A DNA stretch of 32,000 bases from Acaryochloris thomasi RCC1774 (lineage in GTDB: Bacteria > Cyanobacteriota > Cyanobacteriia > Thermosynechococcales > Thermosynechococcaceae), in the NCBI RefSeq assembly GCF_003231495.1, contig NZ_PQWO01000001.1, positions 360,001 through 392,000 of the forward strand. The letters run 5' to 3'. The notes beneath the pieces are model-generated. The model was not told the DNA's origin. It did no database searches and saw only the letters and a program-made list of their open reading frames with translations. Every line of letters starts with the position of its first letter. Positions within the stretch are counted from its first letter, which is position 1. Below are positions 24,520-32,000 of this stretch, piece after piece. The translations under genes were made by a program, and so were the position numbers.

Positions 24520-26142
24520 CTATGATTCTTGAACGCTGACCACTTGGCCGTAGTCTAGTTTTATGGTGCGATCGCAACTCTCAAAGTACCGATCATCATG
24601 ACTCACCACTAGGACTGTCTTGCCGCGCTGTTTTAGGGCAGGCACCAACTGTGTATAAAAGACCTTCTTAAACACCGGATCTTGATCAGAAGCCCATTCA
24701 TCAAAGACGTATATGGGGCGATCTTCAAGATAAGCCGTCAACAAGGCCAGACGCTTGCGCTGTCCTTGAGATAGATTGAGGGTAGATAAAGTATTGCCCT
24801 CAATAGTGACCTTGTGGTCTAGCTCTAGCTGAGTCAGATAACTCTGGGCCTGGTCCTTGAGCGCCTCTGTTTCGATACCCAGCAGGCGATCAAAAAGATA
24901 GAAATCAGCAAAGATGGCTGAAAACTGCTGTCGGTATTGCTCGCGGTTGCGATCATCAACCGGCTCTCCATCCCATTCGATGTGGCCTGCTTCTGGCTGA
25001 TAAAGCCCCGTGATGAGTTTCACCAAAGTGGATTTCCCACTGCCGTTACCTCCCACAATAAACACAATTTCACCGGGGGTGAATTTTAGATTCAGAGGCC
25101 CGAGAGTGAAACGATGATCTTCACGATCGCTGGGGTAAGTATGCTCTAGATCAACGAATTTGAGAGAGGTCCAGCCTGGTTTAGGGGTTGCTTTTGTGAG
25201 TTGGTTTTCAGTGCTGGGTGTCGCTAGGGCAAGACCAAGGGAGTCCACCTTCGCTAGAGCTACATTGGCTTTGGCGATCTCAGGCAAAATATTGAGTATC
25301 GCTCGGATCGGAGAGAGCATGAACAAAATAGTCAAGGCATAGCCTGCCAGCGTCCTCTGATCAAGGGTGATCCAGTAGGGCAAAACGTACATTAAGAAAC
25401 CGATGGGAATCAAAAACAGGACCAGCCCCAAGCTCCCGGTCCAGGAATAGATTGTCAGGGCTTGGATCCAGTGGTGTCCCAGTTTGCTAGCTGTGGGTTC
25501 GAGATCCGACTGGAAGAAGTCCCGGCGCCGTTGCTGATGCAGCTTGAGTTCTTTGGTCCCGGTGGTTAGAGTTTCAAAGTTTTCGAACAGATGATCTCGA
25601 ACTTGGAAGGCCGATTTAAGGGATGCCTGAGCCAAGTCGAGCAGCTTTTGATAAATCGTAATGCTGACAACCATGAAAATCAAGAACATCATAAAGAGGC
25701 TCGGCGAGAGCCAGCACAGGTAGAAAAGGCTACCCAGCAGCCAAGCTAAGTTGAGGGAAAGTTGAGCGGTGAAAGCAGAAGCATTGGCGATCTGACCGAT
25801 ATCGTCGGTGAGGGTGGCCAGTAACTTAGGGGCACCCAGTTGTTCAAGATGCTGCAGTGGACAATCAAGAACGCTTTGGGCCAGCTCAAGGCGAAGCTGG
25901 TAAATAATATCCTGAGAGAGCTTGGCGATATAGATTTGAGAATATGCTCCGCTCACCAAGAGCATGAGACACAGCCCTAAAAACACCCAGGGCAGCCAGC
26001 CAGGAATTTGATCGAGTCTTTGTAATGTGAAGTTGATAGCCGCAACAAGTCCGGCGGTGCTTCCTCCACCAAGAATGCCGGTTAGGGTTGAGAGCGTCAC
26101 TGCTCTCCATGAGTTTTTAAGCAGCAGGTGAATGAGTTTCAT
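24520..26142 (-). CDS. ABC exporter, fused permease-ATPase of the cyclic-peptide-exporter type (SyrD/PvdE/YojI-like)
   Basis: 540 aa. The N-terminal 6-TM domain starts MKLIHLLLKNSWR. It has Walker A GGNGSGKST, signature LSQGQRKRLAL and Walker B IYVFDEWASDQD. A GAGGGG RBS is present, and the gene starts 31 nt after the GNAT stop. Confidence 0.85.
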   Translation of the reverse strand: MKLIHLLLKNSWRAVTLSTLTGILGGGSTAGLVAAINFTLQRLDQIPGWLPWVFLGLCLMLLVSGAYSQIYIAKLSQDIIYQLRLELAQSVLDCPLQHLEQLGAPKLLATLTDDIGQIANASAFTAQLSLNLAWLLGSLFYLCWLSPSLFMMFLIFMVVSITIYQKLLDLAQASLKSAFQVRDHLFENFETLTTGTKELKLHQQRRRDFFQSDLEPTASKLGHHWIQALTIYSWTGSLGLVLFLIPIGFLMYVLPYWITLDQRTLAGYALTILFMLSPIRAILNILPEIAKANVALAKVDSLGLALATPSTENQLTKATPKPGWTSLKFVDLEHTYPSDREDHRFTLGPLNLKFTPGEIVFIVGGNGSGKSTLVKLITGLYQPEAGHIEWDGEPVDDRNREQYRQQFSAIFADFYLFDRLLGIETEALKDQAQSYLTQLELDHKVTIEGNTLSTLNLSQGQRKRLALLTAYLEDRPIYVFDEWASDQDPVFKKVFYTQLVPALKQRGKTVLVVSHDDRYFESCDRTIKLDYGQVVSVQES

Positions 26143-26173
26143 GATGAGTGCCCCTCATACACATTTGGGATGA

Positions 26174-27088
26174 CTACAGTAGTTTCCGATAAACTGAGTG
26201 ACGCTTGACCACCCGAAAGCCACAGTCTTCGTACAAACGATTCGCACCGCTTATATTCTCGCTGTCGACGCCTAAAACAGATTCGGTCATTCCTTGTTCC
26301 TTTTGTACCTTTAGGCTGAGAGAAATCAAAGCCCTTGCCAGACCCCGCCTGCGCCAAGGACGGCGGACACAAATAAACTCAGTGAAACCACGTTTGCAAT
26401 CGTATTTTTCATTCTGAGCGTGGTTGATGAAGGTTCTGACCTGACCCGCAATTTGATCTGTTTCAACATCCCAAGCAATCTGCCAGAGGTGGGGCTGGAA
26501 AACTGTCTTATGGATCAACCACGCCTGGTACTGTTCTTCAGTGCTGGGCGTATATCCCCAATGGTCCTGAGAGGCTTCCTCGGCGGTTCCCCAGATCGCC
26601 CGGTAATGTTCGGGCAACACAGGCCGGACTTCTAATCCTGCGGGCATGGGAAAGTTTGGAATGTCATCTAGCGTCTCACGATGCATTTCATTGGAATATC
26701 GAACGGGTTTATAGCCCTCCTCTTCCAGCATTGTCTCGGTTCCTACGTGTCCGTGTGCGGTGCAGCTCTGAAGGAACTTGGAATGTTCACCAGGATGTTC
26801 TGCTGCAATCGTACGCAGGCGACTTTCTAGCCACCGCAGTAGGACTTGCCCGATGCCCTGCCGTCGCCACTCTGGCACTACAGCAACTAAAAAATCATAA
26901 AGATAAGGGCCATCATTGGCCTCTAAATACCAGAAACATCGCCCATAGCCGATGAATTCGCCATTGACCTCAGCAAAAATCACGTCTTGCTCAAGATCAC
27001 AGTTAGCCAGAGAGAGACAAGCATTAGCAACATCTTCAGCGGTCGCGGAGTACTCGACGTTATCGGCATCACAGCTAACAGTCATCAC
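26174..27088 (-). CDS. Tandem-GNAT N-acetyltransferase (mycothiol-synthase-like architecture); 5' end unresolved
   Basis: There are two acetyl-CoA motifs, VVPEWRRQGIGQVLL and VRRPWRRRGLARALI. The frame stays open upstream to 27193, and that stretch (IPGLSFRQFCNKYDFLNIVS) looks like the missing first strand and helix of the N-terminal GNAT domain. It contains no ATG, GTG or TTG. Confidence 0.8.
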   Translation of the reverse strand: MMTVSCDADNVEYSATAEDVANACLSLANCDLEQDVIFAEVNGEFIGYGRCFWYLEANDGPYLYDFLVAVVPEWRRQGIGQVLLRWLESRLRTIAAEHPGEHSKFLQSCTAHGHVGTETMLEEEGYKPVRYSNEMHRETLDDIPNFPMPAGLEVRPVLPEHYRAIWGTAEEASQDHWGYTPSTEEQYQAWLIHKTVFQPHLWQIAWDVETDQIAGQVRTFINHAQNEKYDCKRGFTEFICVRRPWRRRGLARALISLSLKVQKEQGMTESVLGVDSENISGANRLYEDCGFRVVKRHSVYRKLL

Positions 27089-27176
27089 CGAAACAATGTT
27101 TAGAAAATCATATTTGTTGCAGAACTGACGAAAACTGAGACCAGGGATGACAGGAGCCTCGATACTGTTAATGAGC

Positions 27177-27350
27177 CTATTTTTCTGCCTCTTCTAGCCG
27201 TGGCCGGGCAGACCGCATCGCTTCTGTACCCGCTAGTTTCTCCGCCAAAGGATCTGCGAACAAAGCGTCAGACCATTGTGACTCGACGGCACGAGCTGCA
27301 GCCATCAGTTTCGCAGTCGTACTAACCTTAATCTCTAAATTTTCAGACAT
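27177..27350 (-). pseudogene. 57-codon ORF resembling the N-terminus of LCM/TIGR00027-type SAM-dependent O-methyltransferases; gene fragment or frame-broken 5' part of the GNAT gene
   Basis: My own translation is MSENLEIKVSTTAKLMAAARAVESQWSDALFADPLAEKLAGTEAMRSARPRLEEAEK. It is below the ORF-track size cutoff. The pattern STTA..MAAARAVES....LF.DPLAE.LAG resembles N-termini of that methyltransferase family from memory. The ORF ends at TAG immediately after an A5 run, and the GNAT frame continues at +1. Confidence 0.4.
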
Positions 27351-27522
27351 TGAGCACTAGCTTAGGACAGTTTCATCACTCTAGATGAAAATAGAAAAGT
27401 AACTGTGAAGAGCGTTGAGCAAATGTGGCATGAGACAGTAGATCACGCTGACAAGCTCCGCCCGATTCTTGAAATGCCAATAGAAGCTCCCCTTCATCGT
27501 TAACGGAGAAACAATAATGAGT

Positions 27523-28167
27523 TCAGTTGGGTCGATCCAAATGTTGTTGTGCCCATAAGGCTGCCTGTGTGCGATCTCGCACCCCTAGATGATTCAGCAA
27601 CTGGCTCACGTAATTTTTGATTGTCCCTTCTGTCAAATGCAGATTCTCAGAGATTTCTCGATTGCTCTTGCCCTGACCAATCAGATTTAAGATCTCCAAC
27701 TCTCGATCGCTCAGCCGTTTCAGACGTTCCGGATTGTTTTTAAGAAGTGGCGGGCGCAGTTGGGCAATCACCTTTGGGGCAATAGTCGGTCCCAACTGAA
27801 AGTGCCCATTGTGTAACATCCGTACCGCTGCGGCTAACTGGCTAGCTGGTGTACTCTTTAGCAGATAGCCAAGTGCCCCAGCCTGCAAAGATTTCCAGAT
27901 ATATTCATCTTCATCAAAAGTGGTCAAAACTAAAATCCGAATCCAAGGGAAGCGGCGGTGAATCTCTTGGGTGGCTTCAACCCCATCACAAATAGGCATA
28001 CGGATATCCATGAGAATGATGTCTGGGTGGAGTTTCGCTGTCAGTGAGATTGCCTCTCGTCCATCCTGAGCCTGACCCACGATCTCCAAGTCTTGCTCTA
28101 GATCTAGCAATGAGGCTAGGGCTTGCCGGAACTGGCCCTGATCATCAGCTAAAAGAAGTCGAATCAT
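27523..28167 (-). CDS. Two-component response regulator, NarL/FixJ (LuxR-type HTH) family
   Basis: The receiver domain has DD, DIILMDIRMP and K. The C-terminus has LSDRELEILNLIGQGKSNREISENLHLTEGTIKNYVSQLL. The start overlaps the kinase stop (ATGA). Confidence 0.9.
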   Translation of the reverse strand: MIRLLLADDQGQFRQALASLLDLEQDLEIVGQAQDGREAISLTAKLHPDIILMDIRMPICDGVEATQEIHRRFPWIRILVLTTFDEDEYIWKSLQAGALGYLLKSTPASQLAAAVRMLHNGHFQLGPTIAPKVIAQLRPPLLKNNPERLKRLSDRELEILNLIGQGKSNREISENLHLTEGTIKNYVSQLLNHLGVRDRTQAALWAQQHLDRPN

Positions 28168-29387
28168 GCAGGCTCAGTCGGATAAGGAATGACAACTTTC
28201 AGGAACGTCCCTTCTCCGACAGTGCTCTGGACCGTAAAGTCTCCCTCCAGAAGCTGAGTCCGCTCTCGCATTCCCCTAATCCCAAAACCTTCATGAGGGG
28301 TACTAGGATTGAAGCCTTGACCGTTATCGTGCAGCACGACAGTAATACCGTTGGTATCCTGATTACCTTTAAGCGTAACAGCGGTGGCTCCTGCATGTTT
28401 CTGTATATTGGTCAGTCCTTCTTGGATAATGCAGTAGAGCTGATGACCCACTTGAGACGGTAGGGGTGGCAAGCAGAGATCTTGATGAAGGGTCAAGGAT
28501 TGTTTCTCGTGTATGGAGTCTGTAAGAGCCGCAATGGCGTCATTGAGATCAAACTTTTCCGCACGCATCGTTTGGACGGAGCGGCGCACCTCGTCTAAAC
28601 ACTGGCTGGTCAAACGTTTCGCTTTGTTTAACGACTCTTCGGTTTTAACTGAATCTCTCTGATAGAGCTGCTGGGCAAGCTCCAGTTGCACATCCAAGGT
28701 CGTGAGGGAATGTCCTAGCGAATCATGAATGTCGCGAGCAATGCGCGTACGTTCCAGAGTTGCTGCCAGTGTTTTGACCTGCTGTGTCAAGGCTTCCGCC
28801 TCGTAACGACTTTTTTGTTCAGCAATGACAATGTGCACAAATACTAGAGTGAAGCTGCTTGCACCCATATAGAAACTTAATTGATTGAAGAAAATATAGT
28901 TTGGATCTAGCCACCGTTCAATGCCTCTCTCTGCAAGCAGTGCTAGCGCATTAGGCAAGTTCCAGCGGTAAGCAAGCAGGAAACTCGCGCCAGTGAGAAC
29001 GGTTGTCATGATTGCATCTCGACGCCCCAGCGAGAAACAGCTCTTGGCGAGAAACCAGTACATCTGCAATGGAAACGATAGGCTAGCGCTCGCAGCCATT
29101 GTGAATACCAGCACGTTGAAACCTACATAAGCTAGTCTTGGCCCACGCTGGCGATTCAACGGGGTGATAAAGCTCAACAGGAAAAACACGCCATAGAAGG
29201 TCAGAAGCTGCAGCGTGATCTGTGCTGATAGTGTGTAGCGCCCCTCAAGACTCCCCAGCACTAGACTCATTACGATTAATAGCCAGTCAATATGGCGCAT
29301 CGTCCGGCGGGACAGAATGGATGGTGTGGAGACTAAACTCATCGTGTCGCACGAGATAAGGTCAGCAGAGCTGTTTTCATCCTGCAA
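28164..29387 (-). CDS. Membrane-embedded sensor histidine kinase (HisKA_3 + HATPase_c, NarX/LiaS/DesK type)
   Basis: About 5-6 N-terminal TM helices with no large periplasmic loop. H-box DIHDSLGHSLTTLDVQLELA. ATPase motifs are EGLTNIQKHA, DNGQGF and GFGIRGMRER. The longest ORF starts at TTG 29387; an alternative ATG is at 29342. Confidence 0.85.
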   Translation of the reverse strand: MQDENSSADLISCDTMSLVSTPSILSRRTMRHIDWLLIVMSLVLGSLEGRYTLSAQITLQLLTFYGVFFLLSFITPLNRQRGPRLAYVGFNVLVFTMAASASLSFPLQMYWFLAKSCFSLGRRDAIMTTVLTGASFLLAYRWNLPNALALLAERGIERWLDPNYIFFNQLSFYMGASSFTLVFVHIVIAEQKSRYEAEALTQQVKTLAATLERTRIARDIHDSLGHSLTTLDVQLELAQQLYQRDSVKTEESLNKAKRLTSQCLDEVRRSVQTMRAEKFDLNDAIAALTDSIHEKQSLTLHQDLCLPPLPSQVGHQLYCIIQEGLTNIQKHAGATAVTLKGNQDTNGITVVLHDNGQGFNPSTPHEGFGIRGMRERTQLLEGDFTVQSTVGEGTFLKVVIPYPTEPA

Positions 29388-29615
29388 TATAGTGCAGGGA
29401 ATAAATGATGACTAAAGTCACTAATTATCTTGACTTTTGCAATGAGACACAGACATGCAGGCTTTGCTAGGTTGAGACATGTCAGCCTTTACGAATCAAT
29501 TATAAAACACCTTACAAAAAAGCAATACCTAGTAAATCTAGGCAAACGGCTTAGTTCTACAGACCAACTCTCAACCTTTTGTTCCGATTTTCTCATTGTC
29601 TTAAAGGGTAAAACG

Positions 29616-30650
29616 ATGATAAGTACTGCTCCAGAAATCCGCAGTAAAATGAAGCCAGACATTAGAGATACGCTCTTGACTCCTAGATTCTGGACCACTG
29701 ATTTTCAGGAATTAGAATTACTAGATACCAGCGTTCAGGAGCCAGCCATCAAAGCAGTTATTCAGGAATTTATTGCAGATTATAACCGCAAGCATTTCGT
29801 CAGGGATGATCGATTTGATCATAGCTTTGAGAAGCTGAGTGAAGAAGAGAGAAAGCTTTTCCTGGCATTTCTAGAGAGATCCTGCACCTCAGAGTTTTCT
29901 GGTTTTCTACTCTATAAGGAAGCATCACTTCGTCTTCGCAAGAACAATCCTCTTCTTGCTGAAGGCTTCAAATACTTGAGCCGGGACGAGGCTCGTCATG
30001 CAGGTTTCATTAACCGAGCAATGGCAGACTCTGGCTTGTCTCTGGATCTTCCTCACCTCACGAAATTTAGAAAGTATACATTGATAAAACCAAAGTTTTT
30101 ATTCTATGCGACTTACTTGTCAGAAAAAATTGGCTATTGGAAGTATATTCTTATTTTCCAGCACCTTGAAGATAGTCCTGAATTCATTATTCATCCTCTG
30201 TTTAACTATTTTGACAACTGGTGTCAGGATGAAAGTCGGCATGGAGACTTCATGGGCTTAGTTATAAAATCTCAGGCCGATTGGCTCAATGGAACGATCA
30301 GTCGCTTGCAGATTCGCCTATTCTTGCTCTTATTTGTCTTGACAACATACTTTAGCGGACAAAAGAGCAGCGACTTCTACAATATGATAGGAATGGACGT
30401 AAAGGAATTTGATCTAAGCGTTCTCAAAAAAACGAATAAAGAGGCTTCCAAAGTTTTCCCTATTTATCTTGATTTAGAGCACCCTCAGTTTGTGATGCTT
30501 TTAGATGCTTGCGTAACAAACAACAAAAAGCTAAGAAGTAAGAAAAAACTGATTGGCAAGCTGCCGTTTTATATTTTGAACTGCTTCAATATCTTGCGTA
30601 TGTATTTCATTCCGATCAAGGAGTCCTTGCCGACGGGAACCGTCTGCTAG
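29616..30650 (+). CDS. acsF: AcsF/ChlA-like diiron oxidative cyclase (Mg-protoporphyrin IX monomethyl ester cyclase family), divergent AT-rich paralog
   Basis: It matches the AcsF family along its whole length: LLTPRFWTTDF, DYNRKHFVRD, FLERSCTSEFSGFLLYKE, SRDEARHAGF, FYATYLSEKIGYW and NWCQDESRHGDF. I prefer the ATG at 29616 (MISTAPE..., AAGGG upstream) to the ORF-track start at 29430. Confidence 0.8.
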   Translation: MISTAPEIRSKMKPDIRDTLLTPRFWTTDFQELELLDTSVQEPAIKAVIQEFIADYNRKHFVRDDRFDHSFEKLSEEERKLFLAFLERSCTSEFSGFLLYKEASLRLRKNNPLLAEGFKYLSRDEARHAGFINRAMADSGLSLDLPHLTKFRKYTLIKPKFLFYATYLSEKIGYWKYILIFQHLEDSPEFIIHPLFNYFDNWCQDESRHGDFMGLVIKSQADWLNGTISRLQIRLFLLLFVLTTYFSGQKSSDFYNMIGMDVKEFDLSVLKKTNKEASKVFPIYLDLEHPQFVMLLDACVTNNKKLRSKKKLIGKLPFYILNCFNILRMYFIPIKESLPTGTVC

Positions 30651-30701
30651 GAGAAGCCGTTTTCTCACAAGACTGACTTTTGCGGCGCTGCTCCAAGGCA
30701 T

Positions 30702-31104
30702 CTAGGCCAAAAGTAGCGTTTCTGCGGCTGTAACATCAGCCATAATCTCGAAAGCAGTCACGACGGCAGTCGGCATGGCACGAGGTCGGCCCGTTTGAGC
30801 ATCGGCAAAGACCCAATCTGTTTCTCCTGTTGCCAAAATGGCTTGGTCGGCAAGGCGAAAGAATCGATATTTCCGCTGGGCTCGGACCTTTCTTATCTCT
30901 GCACACCAAGTCAAGATCGTAAGCTGCTCACCTTCATAAGCGGGCCGCAGATATTCAATTCGATGGGATCTTGCCACCCAGGTCGCACTCACTTCAGCCG
31001 TGGCCTGGGCACAGCCATTGCACATACTCAACATTATTGAGATGACTATTCTCATCAATGGCTGAGGCCGGCACCGTAATGTCGTAACGAAAGATAGCTG
31101 ACGT
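30702..31104 (-). pseudogene. Hotdog-fold acyl-CoA thioesterase (4HBT-like), frame-disrupted
   Basis: The C-terminal two thirds lie in ORF 30702..31058 (WVARSHRIEYLRPAYEGEQL...GETDWVFADAQTGRPRAMP). The N-terminal motif FRYDITVPASAIDENSHLNNVEYVQWL is in a different frame (31104..30994, stopping at 30994-30996). It has a stop 4 codons upstream of F and no start codon. Confidence 0.5.
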
Positions 31105-31232
31105 TCAGACTGTCCTCAAAAAGCTGATGGAGGTGATTTTACAAAACCCCGGCATCTTAACAGCTTTCTCCCTTAAAACAGATGCTATCTAGTGAGGTCA
31201 TTATTAGCACGCTAGCGAAGTCTTCCCGAGCG

Positions 31233-31736
31233 TTACTGCAGCGCAGCAGACCCGAATGTGGCATTGAATTTTCGGCACCAGATCGTTACAGATTGATATT
31301 CTGAAGCATCGATTTCTTGAGGAACAGGGTAGCTTTGGGCACCACTAAAGGCTTCTAAATCAGCAACATATACATAGTCGCCCTCTTTGAGAGGATAGGT
31401 AGGGGGTGTGGTCTCACCGACAACATCGGCTGATTTGTGAAGAACCACCACCAAGTCTGGCCCCTGTTCAGAGGTTTTGAATTCTTCACCTAGTTCTATC
31501 GTTGTTTGGCCCTCTTGCGTCACTAGCTTGACTGTCCCTGCGGTAGGGGCTTCTGCCGACACAAACGTTCCTGTTTTTTCCTCTTCAGCGGCAGGGGCAT
31601 CTGCAGCAGGCTGTTCGGTCGGGCTGGTCTCAGGAGCTGGCACGCTGGATACCTGCTCAGAAGTACAGGCCATCATCAGGAGGGAAGTTGCGATCGCAAA
31701 CCCAATAAATCCTTTACGCATAAGATGTTGGGCCAT
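31233..31736 (-). CDS. DM13 domain-containing lipoprotein
   Basis: ATG at 31736 is preceded by GAGGAG 8 nt upstream. Lipobox LLMMAC is present. The C-terminal region GTFVSAEAPTAGTVKLV...GPDLVVVLHKS...YPLKEGDYV...FSGAQSYPVP...IWCRKFNATFGSAAL matches cyanobacterial DM13 proteins as I recall them. Confidence 0.75.
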   Translation of the reverse strand: MAQHLMRKGFIGFAIATSLLMMACTSEQVSSVPAPETSPTEQPAADAPAAEEEKTGTFVSAEAPTAGTVKLVTQEGQTTIELGEEFKTSEQGPDLVVVLHKSADVVGETTPPTYPLKEGDYVYVADLEAFSGAQSYPVPQEIDASEYQSVTIWCRKFNATFGSAALQ

Positions 31737-31834
31737 TATCAATACTCCTCTGATATTTATATGCCTAAAACCGTGACTCAACCATAGTGTCATGAACCCA
31801 GCTTGCAAAACATCCGTAAAGAAATAGAAATGAA

Positions 31835-32000
31835 TCAGGTAGTAATAGACTGCTGCAGAAACTCAATAAACACCTTTACCTTCAGCGGCACATAAGTACG
31901 AGAAGGATAGACCAGCCAAGCAGCAGTCCTAAAGTCTGTTGCAGTCACCTCATAGTCTGGAAATACATCGATCAGCGTTCCTGATCGGAAGTCTTCGTCA
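31835..32000 (-). CDS. LysR-family transcriptional regulator, C-terminal end (5' part outside window)
   Basis: My own translation of the minus strand from the window edge is ...DEDFRSGTLIDVFPDYEVTATDFRTAAWLVYPSRTYVPLKVKVFIEFLQQSITT*. This is the typical end of a LysR substrate-binding domain. It is absent from the ORF track because there is no start codon in the window. Confidence 0.7.
   Translation of the reverse strand, partial: DEDFRSGTLIDVFPDYEVTATDFRTAAWLVYPSRTYVPLKVKVFIEFLQQSITT

Noticed and set aside
26139-26372. 77-aa minus-strand ORF overlapping the ABC transporter start and the GNAT 3' end.
   Set aside because: It is out of frame with both well-supported genes and has an Arg/Gly/Ser-rich composition.
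29430-29615. 62-codon N-terminal extension of the AcsF-like ORF.
   Set aside because: The extension has no counterpart in AcsF proteins and is His/Arg/Leu-rich. The ATG at 29616 leaves an N-terminus of normal length before the conserved LLTPRF motif.

Overview
This window looks like a cyanobacterial chromosomal segment. By manual scan it carries 18 exact copies of the HIP1 octamer GCGATCGC, and the gene content is typical of the phylum. About 30 well-supported protein genes are present on both strands. I found no rRNA, tRNA, CRISPR array, transposase or integrase.

Left to right, the window encodes:
- a phosphodiester glycosidase (5' end possibly off-window), a small mannose-6-phosphate-isomerase-type cupin, and an A-type Fe-S carrier
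- the ergothioneine pair egtB and egtD, separated by an unusual ~375-bp spacer, followed by a pRiA4b-ORF3-like protein
- a DnaK3/DnaJ3-type chaperone pair
- on the minus strand, a hypothetical 123-aa protein, then a PhoX-like phosphatase with a candidate Pho box, then a MATE exporter
- dcd, a CobA/CobO-family protein lacking the P-loop, and rph
- two small minus-strand genes, one encoding a secreted His/Lys-rich peptide
- an M50 site-2 protease with CBS domains and a metallophosphoesterase
- an intergenic region with two ~95-nt tandem imperfect repeats and a strong bidirectional terminator
- an SLH/OprB porin
- a tightly packed HEAT-repeat / SDR / tsaE operon
- an orphan vWA protein
- a minus-strand unit of a 57-codon ORF, a double-GNAT acetyltransferase and a cyclic-peptide-type ABC exporter, with an apparent 1-nt frame break at the 5' end of the GNAT
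- a HisKA_3 kinase / NarL-type regulator pair, divergent from an AT-rich AcsF-like diiron cyclase paralog
- a decayed hotdog thioesterase, a DM13 lipoprotein, and the 3' end of a LysR regulator

The items most worth a second look are the tandem structured-looking repeats at 19.06-19.33 kb, and the HIP1-free right-hand ~7 kb that holds the AT-rich AcsF-like gene, two frame-disrupted genes and the GNAT/exporter unit. Also notable are the His/Lys-rich secreted peptide and the P-loop-less CobA homolog. I did not recognise a known defence or mobile system. All functional calls rest on motif recognition by eye and not on database searches.
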